From Paraphysomonas bandaiensis (taxonomy: Eukaryota; Protista; Chrysophyceae), in contig CBFFRP010000067.1 in assembly GCA_965644295.1 (NCBI GenBank), positions 1 through 64,000 on the forward strand: a stretch of 64,000 nt of DNA. Reading direction: 5' to 3'. The notes under the pieces are model-generated. The model worked only from the letters and a program-made list of their open reading frames with translations. It was not told the origin of the DNA and did not search any database. Of the stretch, positions 39,724 to 56,470 are shown in pieces. Each line of letters starts with the position of its first letter. The stretch's first letter is position 1. The position numbers were made by a program, and so were the translations under genes.

Positions 39724-40969
39724 ATGCGAATTGTCGCCTGTATTCTCCCTCTATTAGTGTCCTGTATATATGGACTAGATGAGCATGAAACAGATACAAA
39801 TCCAAACATCGCATTCATTAAAGATTTTATGACGAAACCAGATGCGATTTCACTTCCCTCTGGATTGAGATACAGAATACTTCGGGAAGGGGATCCAGAG
39901 GGAAAGTCTCCTCTTGCATCATCCCCATGTGACCTCCGCTATACTGGTCGTACTGTGGATGGAAAGGTATTCGACAGTAGTGAGAAGAAAGAGAATGGCA
40001 TTACAGTATTAACCCCCAATACATTAATAAAAGGGTTTGGAGAGGCACTGCAACTTATGAAAGAGGGTGATGTGTGGGAGTTGGTTATCCCGGCTGATAT
40101 AGGCTATGGCGGGAAGAAGAAAAGTAGAATCCCTGCGGGCTCAACGCTTGTCTTTGAAGTGGAGTTAGTGAAGGTCAATGAACCTCAATGGTTCACTTTT
40201 AAGCGCGAGTATATTATGTGGGCATTTCTTTTCTTGTACTTTGTATACAATTACTACCAGAGTACCGTGCGTAACAAAGCAGTGGAAAGAGCGACCCCTG
40301 TCGACATTGAGAGTGTAACTGGCTTGAAAGGCAACCCTGTTGTCTTCATGACAATTGCCATTGATGACACGAACATGGGAAAAATTGAATTTGAGCTTTT
40401 TCCAACAGTATGCCCCAGAACTGTGGAGAATTTTAGGTGTTTGTGTACAGGTGAGAGTGAAGTGCTAGTTGTCGTATTGCGTAATCTCGGTGGTTGCAGG
40501 AGAGAAAGGTATGACAAAATCCGGCAAAACACCTCTTCACTTCAAAGGATGCGGCTTCCATCGCATTATCCCTGGTTTTATGTGTCAAGGAGGTGTGTAA
40601 ATAATGATAAAAATAAGTTTTTTTATATGATGTATACTTGTAGGAGATTTTACATGTGGAAATGGTACGGGAGGAGAAAGCATATATGGCGGGAAGTTCG
40701 AAGATGAGTTCGATAACGGCATGATCCCTCACTCTGTCCCTATGCTTCTTAGTATGGCTAATGCTGGCCCAAATACTAATGGAAGTCAGTTCTTCATTAC
40801 ACTTGATAAGACTCCCTGGTTGGATGGGAAGCATGTAGTATTCGGCCGAGTAAAGTCCGGTGCAGAAGTCGTCAAGGCCATGGAGGCGGCGGGTACATCA
40901 TCTGGAAAAACACGCATGAATGTCGTCATATTGGAGTCGGGACAGCTGGAAACTGTTTCGCATGAATAG
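39724..40969 (+). CDS. Dual immunophilin: signal peptide - FKBP - TM helix - cyclophilin (2 introns)
   Basis: FKBP motifs ([35 protein letters not shown]), hydrophobic [16 protein letters not shown] and the cyclophilin start share one exon; spliced [43 protein letters not shown]. Confidence 0.9.
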
Positions 40970-41926
40970 TGTCATATAATCAAGTTACAACGATTGGGTT
41001 GAAAGCAGTCGCACTCGGAATGCCATAGTTTTAGGGCGCCTTTATGCTGTCAAGGAGTATGTAGCAGTATCGTAATAGTAATCTTATTCGTTTGCACATG
41101 TGTTGTATTAGAAATAGTGCATAATACTACGATCTAATCCCCGTTACTATACTTCCGAACTATTGACTATTCGACATTTTCTTACAGTAGTCCACTCGAG
41201 AACATATCTGTGAATGTAATGTAGTTAATAGTCGGAGGCATATATTCACTACCTTGGAATTACTGAGAGAGTTATCCAAGATATATCTAATCTCTACTCT
41301 CTACTATGGAATTAATATACTGCAATATAGTACGACCACAACTACGAAATCAAGAATTGGTACAGTGTATAGTGTACCATTTTAAAATCAAGTAAGTTTT
41401 ACACAGCCAAGCCTGCAGTACACATAGCGTAAGATGTAGAATGTAGAGGTATGCTGTACGCTGTTAATTGTATCTGTATCAAGTTGACAAAATGTATGTC
41501 AATATTTCCTTGAAGGAGTGTATAAAGTATAGTACTATTGCTTTAATTTACAAATGTTGGTTGCCCGTTACCCGTGATATATACAACAAAACATTAAGCG
41601 AAATAAAGTGCACAACTCCAATCTAATTCTGTGAAGAGTACCATAGGTTCTGATTCATTACATGACATATAACTGTAACTCTATTACTCGTATATTTTCA
41701 TAACAGTCTATAGTAGGAAACTGTATCCGAATCTTGGAATACAAAACTATGAATACTTTCGATTTTACTGAACGTAATTTATTACACAAGGAACCAACTA
41801 TAAACTTCTCGCTCGCTCTCCATTGCGATTTCTATTTTATGAGTTATATTCCAGGGTGGTGTAGGAAAGGAACAGAAAAGAACATTTTCGAGCTATGGTA
41901 TATTTCAACATCATAATTGCCACTAT

Positions 41927-42516
<590 letters not shown>

Positions 42517-43082
42517 ATTGATAACCTCTTCAAATATGTACTAGTAAATTGTATAACGTTTTAAAACTGCAGTTTGATAACTGTGACACACTGCACTGAT
42601 TTGAACTGCTGCCCATGTATGTCAATGCATACATACATAGCGCAGTGGTGTATGTAGCATATAACAGTTGAGATTTTTGAAACGACAATCAGTGGAAATA
42701 CAGTAGTATACATAACGTATTCCACGTATACATAAAAAAGGAAACTATACTGGATACCGGACGGTATTTTATATAATACTGCTGTATAAAATAATTTGCA
42801 TCCATCGTCGTAAAATAATTTGCATGAGAATCTACGGAATTTGCATTCACCTCATCTAGCCAATCACCACACTGCTCACTCCTCACTCCTCCAATCATTC
42901 CATCATACCACTCATCTATTTGATAAAGAAATGAAGTGAAAGTGTTGAATTTGCATTTGATAGGTCGAATGTTCAACACGAAGTCTATCTTTGTATGTAT
43001 TTGCAAACAACATGAAATCATAATGAAATCATCACAACTATCATAATTCTACTGTGACAACACGACTCTCATTAGAAACAAT

Positions 43083-45155
43083 ATGGCAGCAATGATGACA
43101 AATGGATCTAAAAATGTCTCTTCAGAGATCGATGAGATTAATAAACTTTATGGTAAACATCTGTTTAAAGGAGATATCTCAGCCCCATATTTAGAACGAC
43201 ATGGATTGAATAGAGACACTCTCTCCACCTCTGATTGGACAAAGAATGGAGAGACTGCTGATCGTGTTGCAGCTGCTGTACTTGACTGGGCACGTGATAA
43301 TGGTGCATCTGTCTATTGCCACTGGTTTCAGCCTCTAGGAGCTAACAGTGTCCGACATGGAAACTCCGCACAAGTTCAAATGAGAATGTTTAAGTTTGAT
43401 CGTAATGGTAACCTTCAGTGGGATTTCTCTGGCAATGATCTTCTATATGGTGAGACTGATGGTTCATCTTATCCCAATGGAGGACTTCGTTCCACTCACC
43501 GCGCTGGTGGATATCTCATCATTGATCCGACATCACCAATATTTCTTCGTGGTGATACCATTTTCATTCCTTCCTGCTTCATTACATATAATGGACATGC
43601 ACTTGATGAGAAGACTCCTCTTCTTCGATCAGTTGACGCAATGTCACAACAAGGTGTGCGTCTATTGAAACTACTTGGGTACGAAGTCAAGTCTCTAGCA
43701 TGTAACATTGGCCTGGAGCAGGAATTTTTCTTTGTGCCTAGAGCAGCGTACCTCAAGCGTCCAGATCTGCAGATGACTGGACGCACTATTCTTGGTCGAG
43801 CTGCTGCCAGGGGCCAGGAGATGAGTGACCACTACATGGCTCCTCCTGCAGCCACCTCTCCCCCTCTAGCATGTATGCGTGAGATCCAACGTCAAGCGTA
43901 TTTGATGGGAATTCCGCTTGCCACTCGTCACCGAGAGGTCGCACCAGGTCAATATGAGTTCGCTCCTTACTTTGGCTTTGTGACTACTCAGATCGACCAA
44001 AACCTTATGCTAATGCAGGTTATGGAAGAGGTGGCTTCACAATATGGCCTTGCATGCTTGCTTCAGGAAAAGCCATTTGAGGGCGTAAATGGTTCTGGAA
44101 AGCACAATAACTGGTCCATTGGCACCGATGATGGAACGAATTTGTTCAATGTGAAGCAGCTTGCCACTCGCTCTGGATCCACTGAGATATTTCCCGTTGT
44201 GATGGCAGCTGTTCTTTCCGCTGTTGATGAGTACGGTGATTTGATGCGGATGTCGATCGCTCCTCCGGGTAATGACTTCCGCTTGGGTGCATGCGAGGCT
44301 CCTCCATCCATTATGTCGGTCTATTTGGGCGATAGCATGACTACCTACATGTCTGGATATAAGGATGGCGTGGATGCTCCTTATGATCCTCGTCCCAAGC
44401 TAACCAGCCTTGGCGTTGACGCACTTCCTGATATCATCCTTCCTGCAGAAGACCGCAACAGAACCTCCCCTTTCCCATATGGTGGTCATCGCTTCGAGTT
44501 TCGCGCTGTGGGTTCCTCTCAAAACGTGTCAATGGTCAACACTGTGTTGGGTGTAATTTGCGCTAAGGCTTTCAAAACTTTTGCAGACAAAATTGAATCC
44601 GGCGAATCTCCCCGTTCGGTTGCCCAAAAAGCTCTTCAGGATCACTGGAAGATTGTATTCAATGGCGATGGATACGACAAGGACAATCAAAAAGAGCTTA
44701 TTGATAGAGGCCTGTGGCACTTTGATAGCGGAGTGGAGGCGATGAAGCGCCACCGTGATGAGAAAAATATTGCTCTATTTGAGGAGATGAAAGTACTTTC
44801 TCGTGGAGAATGCCTGGCTCGGAGTGAGGTCATGTTCGACCACTACACTGGATTGGTTGAAATCGAGAAGAATTGTATGATTGATATGATCAATCAACAT
44901 GTAATTCCATCTGTGCGTGCAGCTGGAGTTGGTCCCCTACAAGAGTTAGAACAGGCGGTGAAAACTTTGGAGAAGGCCTGGGAAGCAGTTCACGCTATTT
45001 CTAGCGCTGATGACCGTGCTTCTGCAGCAAGAACTCTCAGATTAGAGACTATGATTGATGTCAGAAAGCTCTGCTCGAAGGCTGAGGAGATATGCCCAGC
45101 CCACTTATGGACTCTAGCCACTTACAAAGAGCTGCTCTTTATTGATCAGCATTAA
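43083..45155 (+). CDS. Glutamine synthetase type III (intronless)
   Basis: YCHWFQPL, GETDGSSYPNGGLRSTH, GLEQEFF, HREVAPGQYE, EKPFEGVNGSGKHNNWS, DRNRTSPFP, FEFRAVGSSQ. Confidence 0.96.
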   Translation: MAAMMTNGSKNVSSEIDEINKLYGKHLFKGDISAPYLERHGLNRDTLSTSDWTKNGETADRVAAAVLDWARDNGASVYCHWFQPLGANSVRHGNSAQVQMRMFKFDRNGNLQWDFSGNDLLYGETDGSSYPNGGLRSTHRAGGYLIIDPTSPIFLRGDTIFIPSCFITYNGHALDEKTPLLRSVDAMSQQGVRLLKLLGYEVKSLACNIGLEQEFFFVPRAAYLKRPDLQMTGRTILGRAAARGQEMSDHYMAPPAATSPPLACMREIQRQAYLMGIPLATRHREVAPGQYEFAPYFGFVTTQIDQNLMLMQVMEEVASQYGLACLLQEKPFEGVNGSGKHNNWSIGTDDGTNLFNVKQLATRSGSTEIFPVVMAAVLSAVDEYGDLMRMSIAPPGNDFRLGACEAPPSIMSVYLGDSMTTYMSGYKDGVDAPYDPRPKLTSLGVDALPDIILPAEDRNRTSPFPYGGHRFEFRAVGSSQNVSMVNTVLGVICAKAFKTFADKIESGESPRSVAQKALQDHWKIVFNGDGYDKDNQKELIDRGLWHFDSGVEAMKRHRDEKNIALFEEMKVLSRGECLARSEVMFDHYTGLVEIEKNCMIDMINQHVIPSVRAAGVGPLQELEQAVKTLEKAWEAVHAISSADDRASAARTLRLETMIDVRKLCSKAEEICPAHLWTLATYKELLFIDQH

Positions 45156-45804
45156 TCAAAGTGCCGTTTAATTTTGCTGAGAATGCTTAAGATATGTTTT
45201 TTTGACATTGTTTTCTAGCAGTGAACTATTTTATTAAATATATGTTTTGTTGCGATAATTTGAATTTTCAATTTGAGAAAAACAATGCTTGAAACAATAC
45301 GTGTGAAGCATATGTGTTAATAATGAATATTAAATCCTCTATTATGAATTTCTTGAGGCTTACATCTATACTGAGTATATGTAAGTATTACTGACGTTCC
45401 AAGGCTTGCTTTTTCTACGACAATGTATTTCAATGAGAGTAAATATATACTATATACCACATTTCATTATATAAATTTATTGTATTGAGTGAAAGTAGTA
45501 TTGGCATAGTATGTCAAACTCTAAGTATCATACGCATGTGTAGCTAATTCTACATTGCCAAGATTAAAAGTATATATATATAATAATTCCATGTTAATAT
45601 ATTATCACACTTATCTCCCAGCCGTATCGCTTTCATACAGATCACAGTCCTAAAACCATATGATATTCTTAATATTATCAGCGGCAGTATGACGAGACGT
45701 TATAGAGATCGGTGATAATACACTGATACTAGTAACCATGTCAATGCTCCGACGCCGAATAAACTATACGTTACACAGACAGTACTACGAAGTCAATATT
45801 CCAT

Positions 45805-50181
<4,377 letters not shown>

Positions 50182-50462
50182 TTATGTCTATATCACTGAT
50201 ATCTTATATAGTTATTCTTTCAATAGACTTATAACACACTCACACTCCTTTCCATGTACAAGCAACTGTGCTGTATATCTACTGCCGTATCGGCATCCTT
50301 CGTATATTCTCTAATATTGAGACAACAATTATCTGTATTCTAGCCGTAGTTGTATATCAGTAATATAGAGGATTGTTGCTTCATTATATATCCGAAAAAT
50401 AAGATGCTGACTGCCGATACGTGCATATACAGTTCCTTGTACTCATACATACAAACATACAG

Positions 50463-50539
50463 TACATACATACATACATACATACATACATACATACATA
50501 CATACATACATACATACATACATACATACATACATACAT
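50463..50539. repeat. (TACA)~19 microsatellite
   Basis: Perfect array; reverse complement of the (TATG)n unit at 39285. Confidence 0.97.
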
Positions 50540-50858
50540 GAGTACAGTCTGTCAGATATCCTGCTGCTACTGTTGTCCTGGATATAATATCATGTCCAGA
50601 TGTCATATGGGTATTGGTATACATAAAATACGTGCCATACGGCATACCATCACCAACTACTCGTACTACATGTGCTGGTGGTATGCGGTATGTACTGGTA
50701 TACTATACTCTATATACCATGTACACATGTATGTATGTACGCTTCTAACAGTTGATGGTTATGATACGTAGGATTATATATAATCAATGCATTGAACTTA
50801 AACCAACATCACTCCTCATACTGTATAACTATTTATAGTATCTGTAGTTAACTAAAGA

Positions 50859-52690
50859 ATGCTTCGCGCAGAGCAGAACGCTCTGATTCAAGAGGTATGT
50901 CATCTGTCCATGTAACTCATGTATTATATTGAGATATATGCATCAGGCTAATCAACAACTTCTCAGTATACGAAGAGATGAATTGGAATATTTCGTTCAA
51001 GTTTTCAGCGAGTATGTGTTTACATATTAGATGAATTATATGGTTAATATATATGATAGTTTTGGGACACAGGGAGCATTGATTGCCGGGTTTACTGTCG
51101 GCACATTAACTCAAATTAATGCTTTAGATTCGGATGCACATGACTTTTGGAAGTGGTTGTTTTGGCTTTCATGTGCTATTGTTATGGTGACAAGTTTGCA
51201 TGTTGTTCTCACAACTACATTTATTAATATATTTGGTCCTGGACTTGCCTTGAGAGGGCCGGCGGGGTAAGACACGACCTTCCTAGTGTTGCTTGTAATG
51301 CCTTATTGCATTAGGTCAATGGTACGAGCTGTAGAAGGAATGGTAAAAGAAAAGGACTCTATATTTGTTGCCTTTTTTGTATCCGTCCTTCTTTTCCAAC
51401 TGGCAGCTCTTGCTTGTTGCTTCGTCGTCATGTCGAAGAACGCGGCATGGACATGCTCGGTTATCTTTCTTCTTGGCCTCTACTATTGGTACTACTACTG
51501 CCTGCGTATATACAACCGTTTCAAGGTATATGGCTAAAATACACCTGTTATATGTCTTAGTTGTTGTGATGGTATAGCTGGATGACGTTGGGTTCGCTTG
51601 GAATGAGGAAGAAGAAGAGGGACCTACGAAGAGAGGAGCATTCAATAGAATATTTTCCTCGGATGTAAGTTCGTACATACCGCTATTACTCCAGCGTAGT
51701 GATACATATATTCTTTTAGGAAGGCGTGTTTAGCTTTGGCAGTGTGGATAAGTCGAAAAAACCCGCTAAAGATGGCGCAAGTGTGCGTGATGACAAAAGT
51801 GATGTCCGAGGTGGCAGCACTGTAGTGTCATCCAGGTAATCTGTCATAGATCTACTTATTGCTTTCTAGGGCATGATGTATTTATTGTCTTGTATTTGTT
51901 ATCTTTGGTTAGATTGTTTGTCTGACATTTTTGATTGCTTACATTGTAACTGAAGCACTTATAACACCCGCGGTGGGGGAGGTTTCACTAAGAAACGAAC
52001 ATTCGTGCAGAAGATGATGGGATCGAATCGCAAAACTGTCAAGTTAGTCATTGTAGGGTGTTTTATTTGTTTATCTTATTGATATGGCAGTAAGGACTTG
52101 GTTACCCCACTCGCAGAACAAGAGGAGCCAGTAGGAGATGAAGAGAATTTTATGGAAGGATATTTGACGAAGAAAGGCATGCCGAATGGTGTATTTTCTG
52201 ATCCTTGGTCGAGAAGATACTTTGTACTTCAAGGCAGTGATCTCTACTACTATAAGACGAAGGAGGTATAACTACCTATTATGTGTGAGGTGCTTTTTAT
52301 AATGTACAATACAGGATTTCGATATCGATCCCAAACGCTCCATTAAGAACAGGCCAATCAGCCTGGCAGGGTGAGGCAAAATTGCATAAACCGAATGGTT
52401 TCATTGTTAATTTTGACGTAGATATTCTGCGACGTCGTTTGAAGGGGAAGATGGCCATTTGCAGATTACGCTAGCGGTATGACGTAGTGTGATATATGCG
52501 GTGGAAGCGATAATGTAATGTGTATATTCAGCCGACAGACACAGAGAATGATGAAAGACGGACATGGGATTTCCGAGTAGATACTGCAGCAGAACTGGAG
52601 GCATGGACAACTGCTTTTGAGAGAGCAGGGGCACAGACTCCATCGCGAAGTAACTACGGGGGAAGTACAGCAGCATCTAGTTACGACTAA
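50859..52690 (+). CDS. Orai-like 4-TM membrane protein with C-terminal PH domain (multi-exon)
   Basis: FGTQGALIAGF followed by four hydrophobic segments; later exons EGYLTKKG...WSRRYFVL...LYYYK...WDFRVDTAAELEAW (PH signature). Confidence 0.78.
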
Positions 52691-53496
52691 AAGTGGTAAT
52701 AGATAATATGGCTGTTTATGATGAAATCCGAAGCAGCACTATTATACTAAACTAATGCTTTGAGTATGACAATGAAAATCAGGGGGAATGCTCTTTACAC
52801 CCTTTTCATTTATGATTCAAGGAAACATTTCCACCCTTTAAATAATGTATTATGTAATTGACTAAATGTGAATGCTTTGGACTGCTTTGCGGAGTTGAAG
52901 CCAAGTTGGAGTACGTTTTGCATAAGAACCAGCAGGGGGCGATTACAATATATTGCAATATGTTGCCAGCAAAGACAAATAATAATAATATTATTTTCAA
53001 GACCAAAACTAATTAATAAATATGTTGCAATATATTGATATATATTGCAATCCAATATATTTTTACCTGGCCCTGAGAACTGAGAACCAGTACTTTGCAG
53101 TTCTGATTCAATATTTAGTGTATACTTTGTTGTAAGACAAGCTGAATAAGTAGACATATAGATTTAGACAACCAGATATGACGGTTCACAGAAGCGAAGT
53201 CAAAGTAAAATATAATAATAGTATCGTGTTAGCGTCATACGATATTGGTTATATGTACTCCATAATTACAGCTTGTTGCAAAAAGCAAAGCGTATGACAT
53301 TAGCTTACTTTTTCTCTCGAAAATGTTTGTCTCTGTCCTTCTTGGCTATCGAGTATAACAAAAACAGTGTTGCACAGATGTTTAGTCATTTCACGGCGCA
53401 GTTCTAAAGAAAATACACATCAGAAAGACAACTCAGTTTATTATATACATGTATATTGTTCGTACAGATTGAGGTGTATTTTTTAAAAACACACTC

Positions 53497-54790
53497 TTAA
53501 ACCGTAGTGTCACAAACTATAAACATGCTATTGACTACGATTCCAAGTGAACGCAATGACTGACAAGTTTTTGCGTCATCATATGCTGAAAATTTCTGGC
53601 TTCCAATTGCAGATCTAATTTCCATATCCTTTCTCTTCAATGCACCATCCAAGCTGCACAAAAACGTAAACATATCCTGGAAACATATTTATGATTTAAA
53701 ACGTAAGTATAAATACCACCACTCACCATAACTGTGTCTGTGACTCTAAATCGCCTTGAAACTTTATGTCCTCCAGCAGTAGATGGAAGTTTGAAGGCAA
53801 TTTTCACCACAGAACTTTCTCCAGCATCTGGCTCATCCTCAAGAACTATATACAGCATTAATATGATGAATATGTAAATGTTCTCGGACTACCATAGTTC
53901 AAAACAGGTTCGATAGGTGCATCACTACCAGAGGGTGCATCACCCTTGTCTCCTAGAGGTTGCGGAGATTCAGCCCCTTTCTTCGATAACCTCATAATAT
54001 CAGCAAGCTGTGCTTCTTCGAACTCGGCATCTTGCTCTCTCATTAGTTTGCTGGTACTTGACAGTGTCCCATTGGAATTTCCACGCCCACTTCTTTCGCT
54101 AGAATTGAAGCTCGTTTGTAGAGAGCCATAGTTCTCCGGCATTTTAGTGCTGTGAGATTCGTGACTGCGAGCATGGGCATCCCAATTCAGAAGAAGTATA
54201 AAGTCACCACATATCTCACACATCACTCCCTCAGTCTCAACATCCACAGGGTCCTGAGTTTCCCTACTTCGTTTACGACCTCCCGCACTTTTCTCATTTG
54301 TACTGGAGTTCTTTCTCACAGAGGATTGCAAAGCCCTATCAAGCAATACGCTTTGTCCAGCGCTACCACCGAGTACATGGCCTTTCTTGTCATGAAATGA
54401 CTTTTTACTAGGTGCTGATACAGTGGAATCATCATGACTATACTCTAAGGAATGTTGATATTCATGAATATAAGGACATGTACTTCCCTCCGGGCAACTC
54501 TTACGACCATTCGATGTTCCTCTCTTACGTTTACCTGACTTCCCACTAGTCATTTGATTACCCGTATCATGACTATATTCTAACAAATGTTGAAATTCAC
54601 TTTGATAAGGACAATTTGTTCCTAAATCACATATTTTCTTCTTGGACTTATGGTTATTTTGTTTAGTGGTATTATGATTGTTATTACCACGTGATTGTTT
54701 GTTATTTTTACTACTATGAGATCCTGAACTATCCTCTGTTAGATCTACAATATTCATTCTTGATTGAATGGTTCTTGTTGGCATGGTCAT
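53497..54790 (-). CDS. UBX-domain protein with two PBZ-like and one UBZ-like zinc finger
   Basis: CDLGTNCPYQSEFQHLLEYSH, CPEGSTCPYIHEYQHSLEYSH, CEICG...DAHARSH, LMREQDAEFEEAQLAD; spliced IAFKLP...VSRRFRVTDTVMDMFTF...SLRSLGI. Confidence 0.82.
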
Positions 54791-56470
54791 ATGAATGTTA
54801 ATATCGACTCGTTGTGTCCTGGTTAGGAGGCATATGGTAGTTATGTATGGCGGGTGCCTATAGAGTACTGTGTATATTCTATATGAAACTACAGTTCTGT
54901 TAGAGTATTTGAATTCTTAACGAACCAAGAAAAAACGACATACTATACATGTACATACTGTACGTGTACGTACTAACTATTTTGAACTGAAATGGACATC
55001 AATGCAAAAAAATAAGGATTTCCTAAAAAAATATGGGGTTATTTAGTAGTACTTTGACAGAGGAGGAAGAAGTACGAAGAATGACAGCAGTAGCTATCCA
55101 TATGTGTTCCTCAACTTCTTCTTGCAGTGTATGAAGTACGTGAACTTCCAGTATCTCTGGATATCTCTAGACAGCATACAGCCATACAGCCATACCATAC
55201 TCTGTAGTTCATATCGAGCTATGGTGGTGTTGTTATAGTATAGTACATGCAGCCCAGTGACTGCTATGTAGACACAAGAAATCATTGTGTTAATACATAC
55301 AACACTAATCGGACTCCTACCGTAAGTGTTGCAGCCCGCTGGCTGGAACTTTTACTGTGGTTGTTAGATAAGCATTCTAGTTGACTATAGACAACATCAC
55401 TCACTGTCCTTCTATATCTTTATGACACCCATGCTATACTCTTGATAGCTATACATCTTCTGAAGACATACAGCTCTATCTGTGTCGATTAATATGATGT
55501 TTAACCACATATAACAGTGTATATGTATATATACTTGTGTGTGAAGTCCTGATAAGAGTGTGTGAATTGAACGCTTAAACTTGACATAACTCAAAACCGT
55601 TAAATATTCACGTGTGTTGCTATACACTTCAGAGCATATCAAATGCCTTTTGCGTAGACAGGATATGTAGGACTCTGATTATTCTTATGAACAGGCGATC
55701 AATTTCACGTTTAACTATCACTTCATATAAAGCAATCATTGTTACTCTATTGAGCTACCATCTGCAATTCTAGGTTACATATGACATGGAGTGTGAAGAT
55801 AATATGAAAATCTTTATAATTCTCTTTCACTTCAAGTTATCGCAGAAATATGTTCGAGTATAGGCGTATAGACTATAGACTGACGTTTAAATTCGTTTGC
55901 TATAGTTGTAGCATGTAGCATCTATACTGCATGATATATGCATCTATATCTCAAAGCTGATATCGGATTTTAAATCCTATTATAGGAAAATCTTAATAGT
56001 TTTGTAAGGCTACTCGCTGAATTAAATTTGGAGTGTAGATAGTAGATAGCAATAACTTCATAAATACTATATTTTTAGTTTTTTTTGAGTATTTTATGCT
56101 TTATGCTAAAGTCAAAATCAAAAAAAACTTCACAAACCAAGCGTGATATATATATGCTGTATATTGAGAATCTTTTAATGATCGCTCATGATTATCTCTT
56201 AAGGCAAAGATCACTTCTGGGACCTTTACGTAATTCAATACAAGTACACTGAATGCTAACCCACAACTATTTCTGGTTTTGTATCTAGTATCTAGGAGTA
56301 TAGAGACATAAAACACGATCCATTGCTACAATAATCGATAAATACTCCTGATAGAGTACTTTGCATCATGCAATACAACTCAGAGATAAACCAATTTCAT
56401 CTAATTGTTGTTGTGGTAAATTATTAAGCCTATTTCATCATCACAGTACATACACACTACCACGGTGCAA

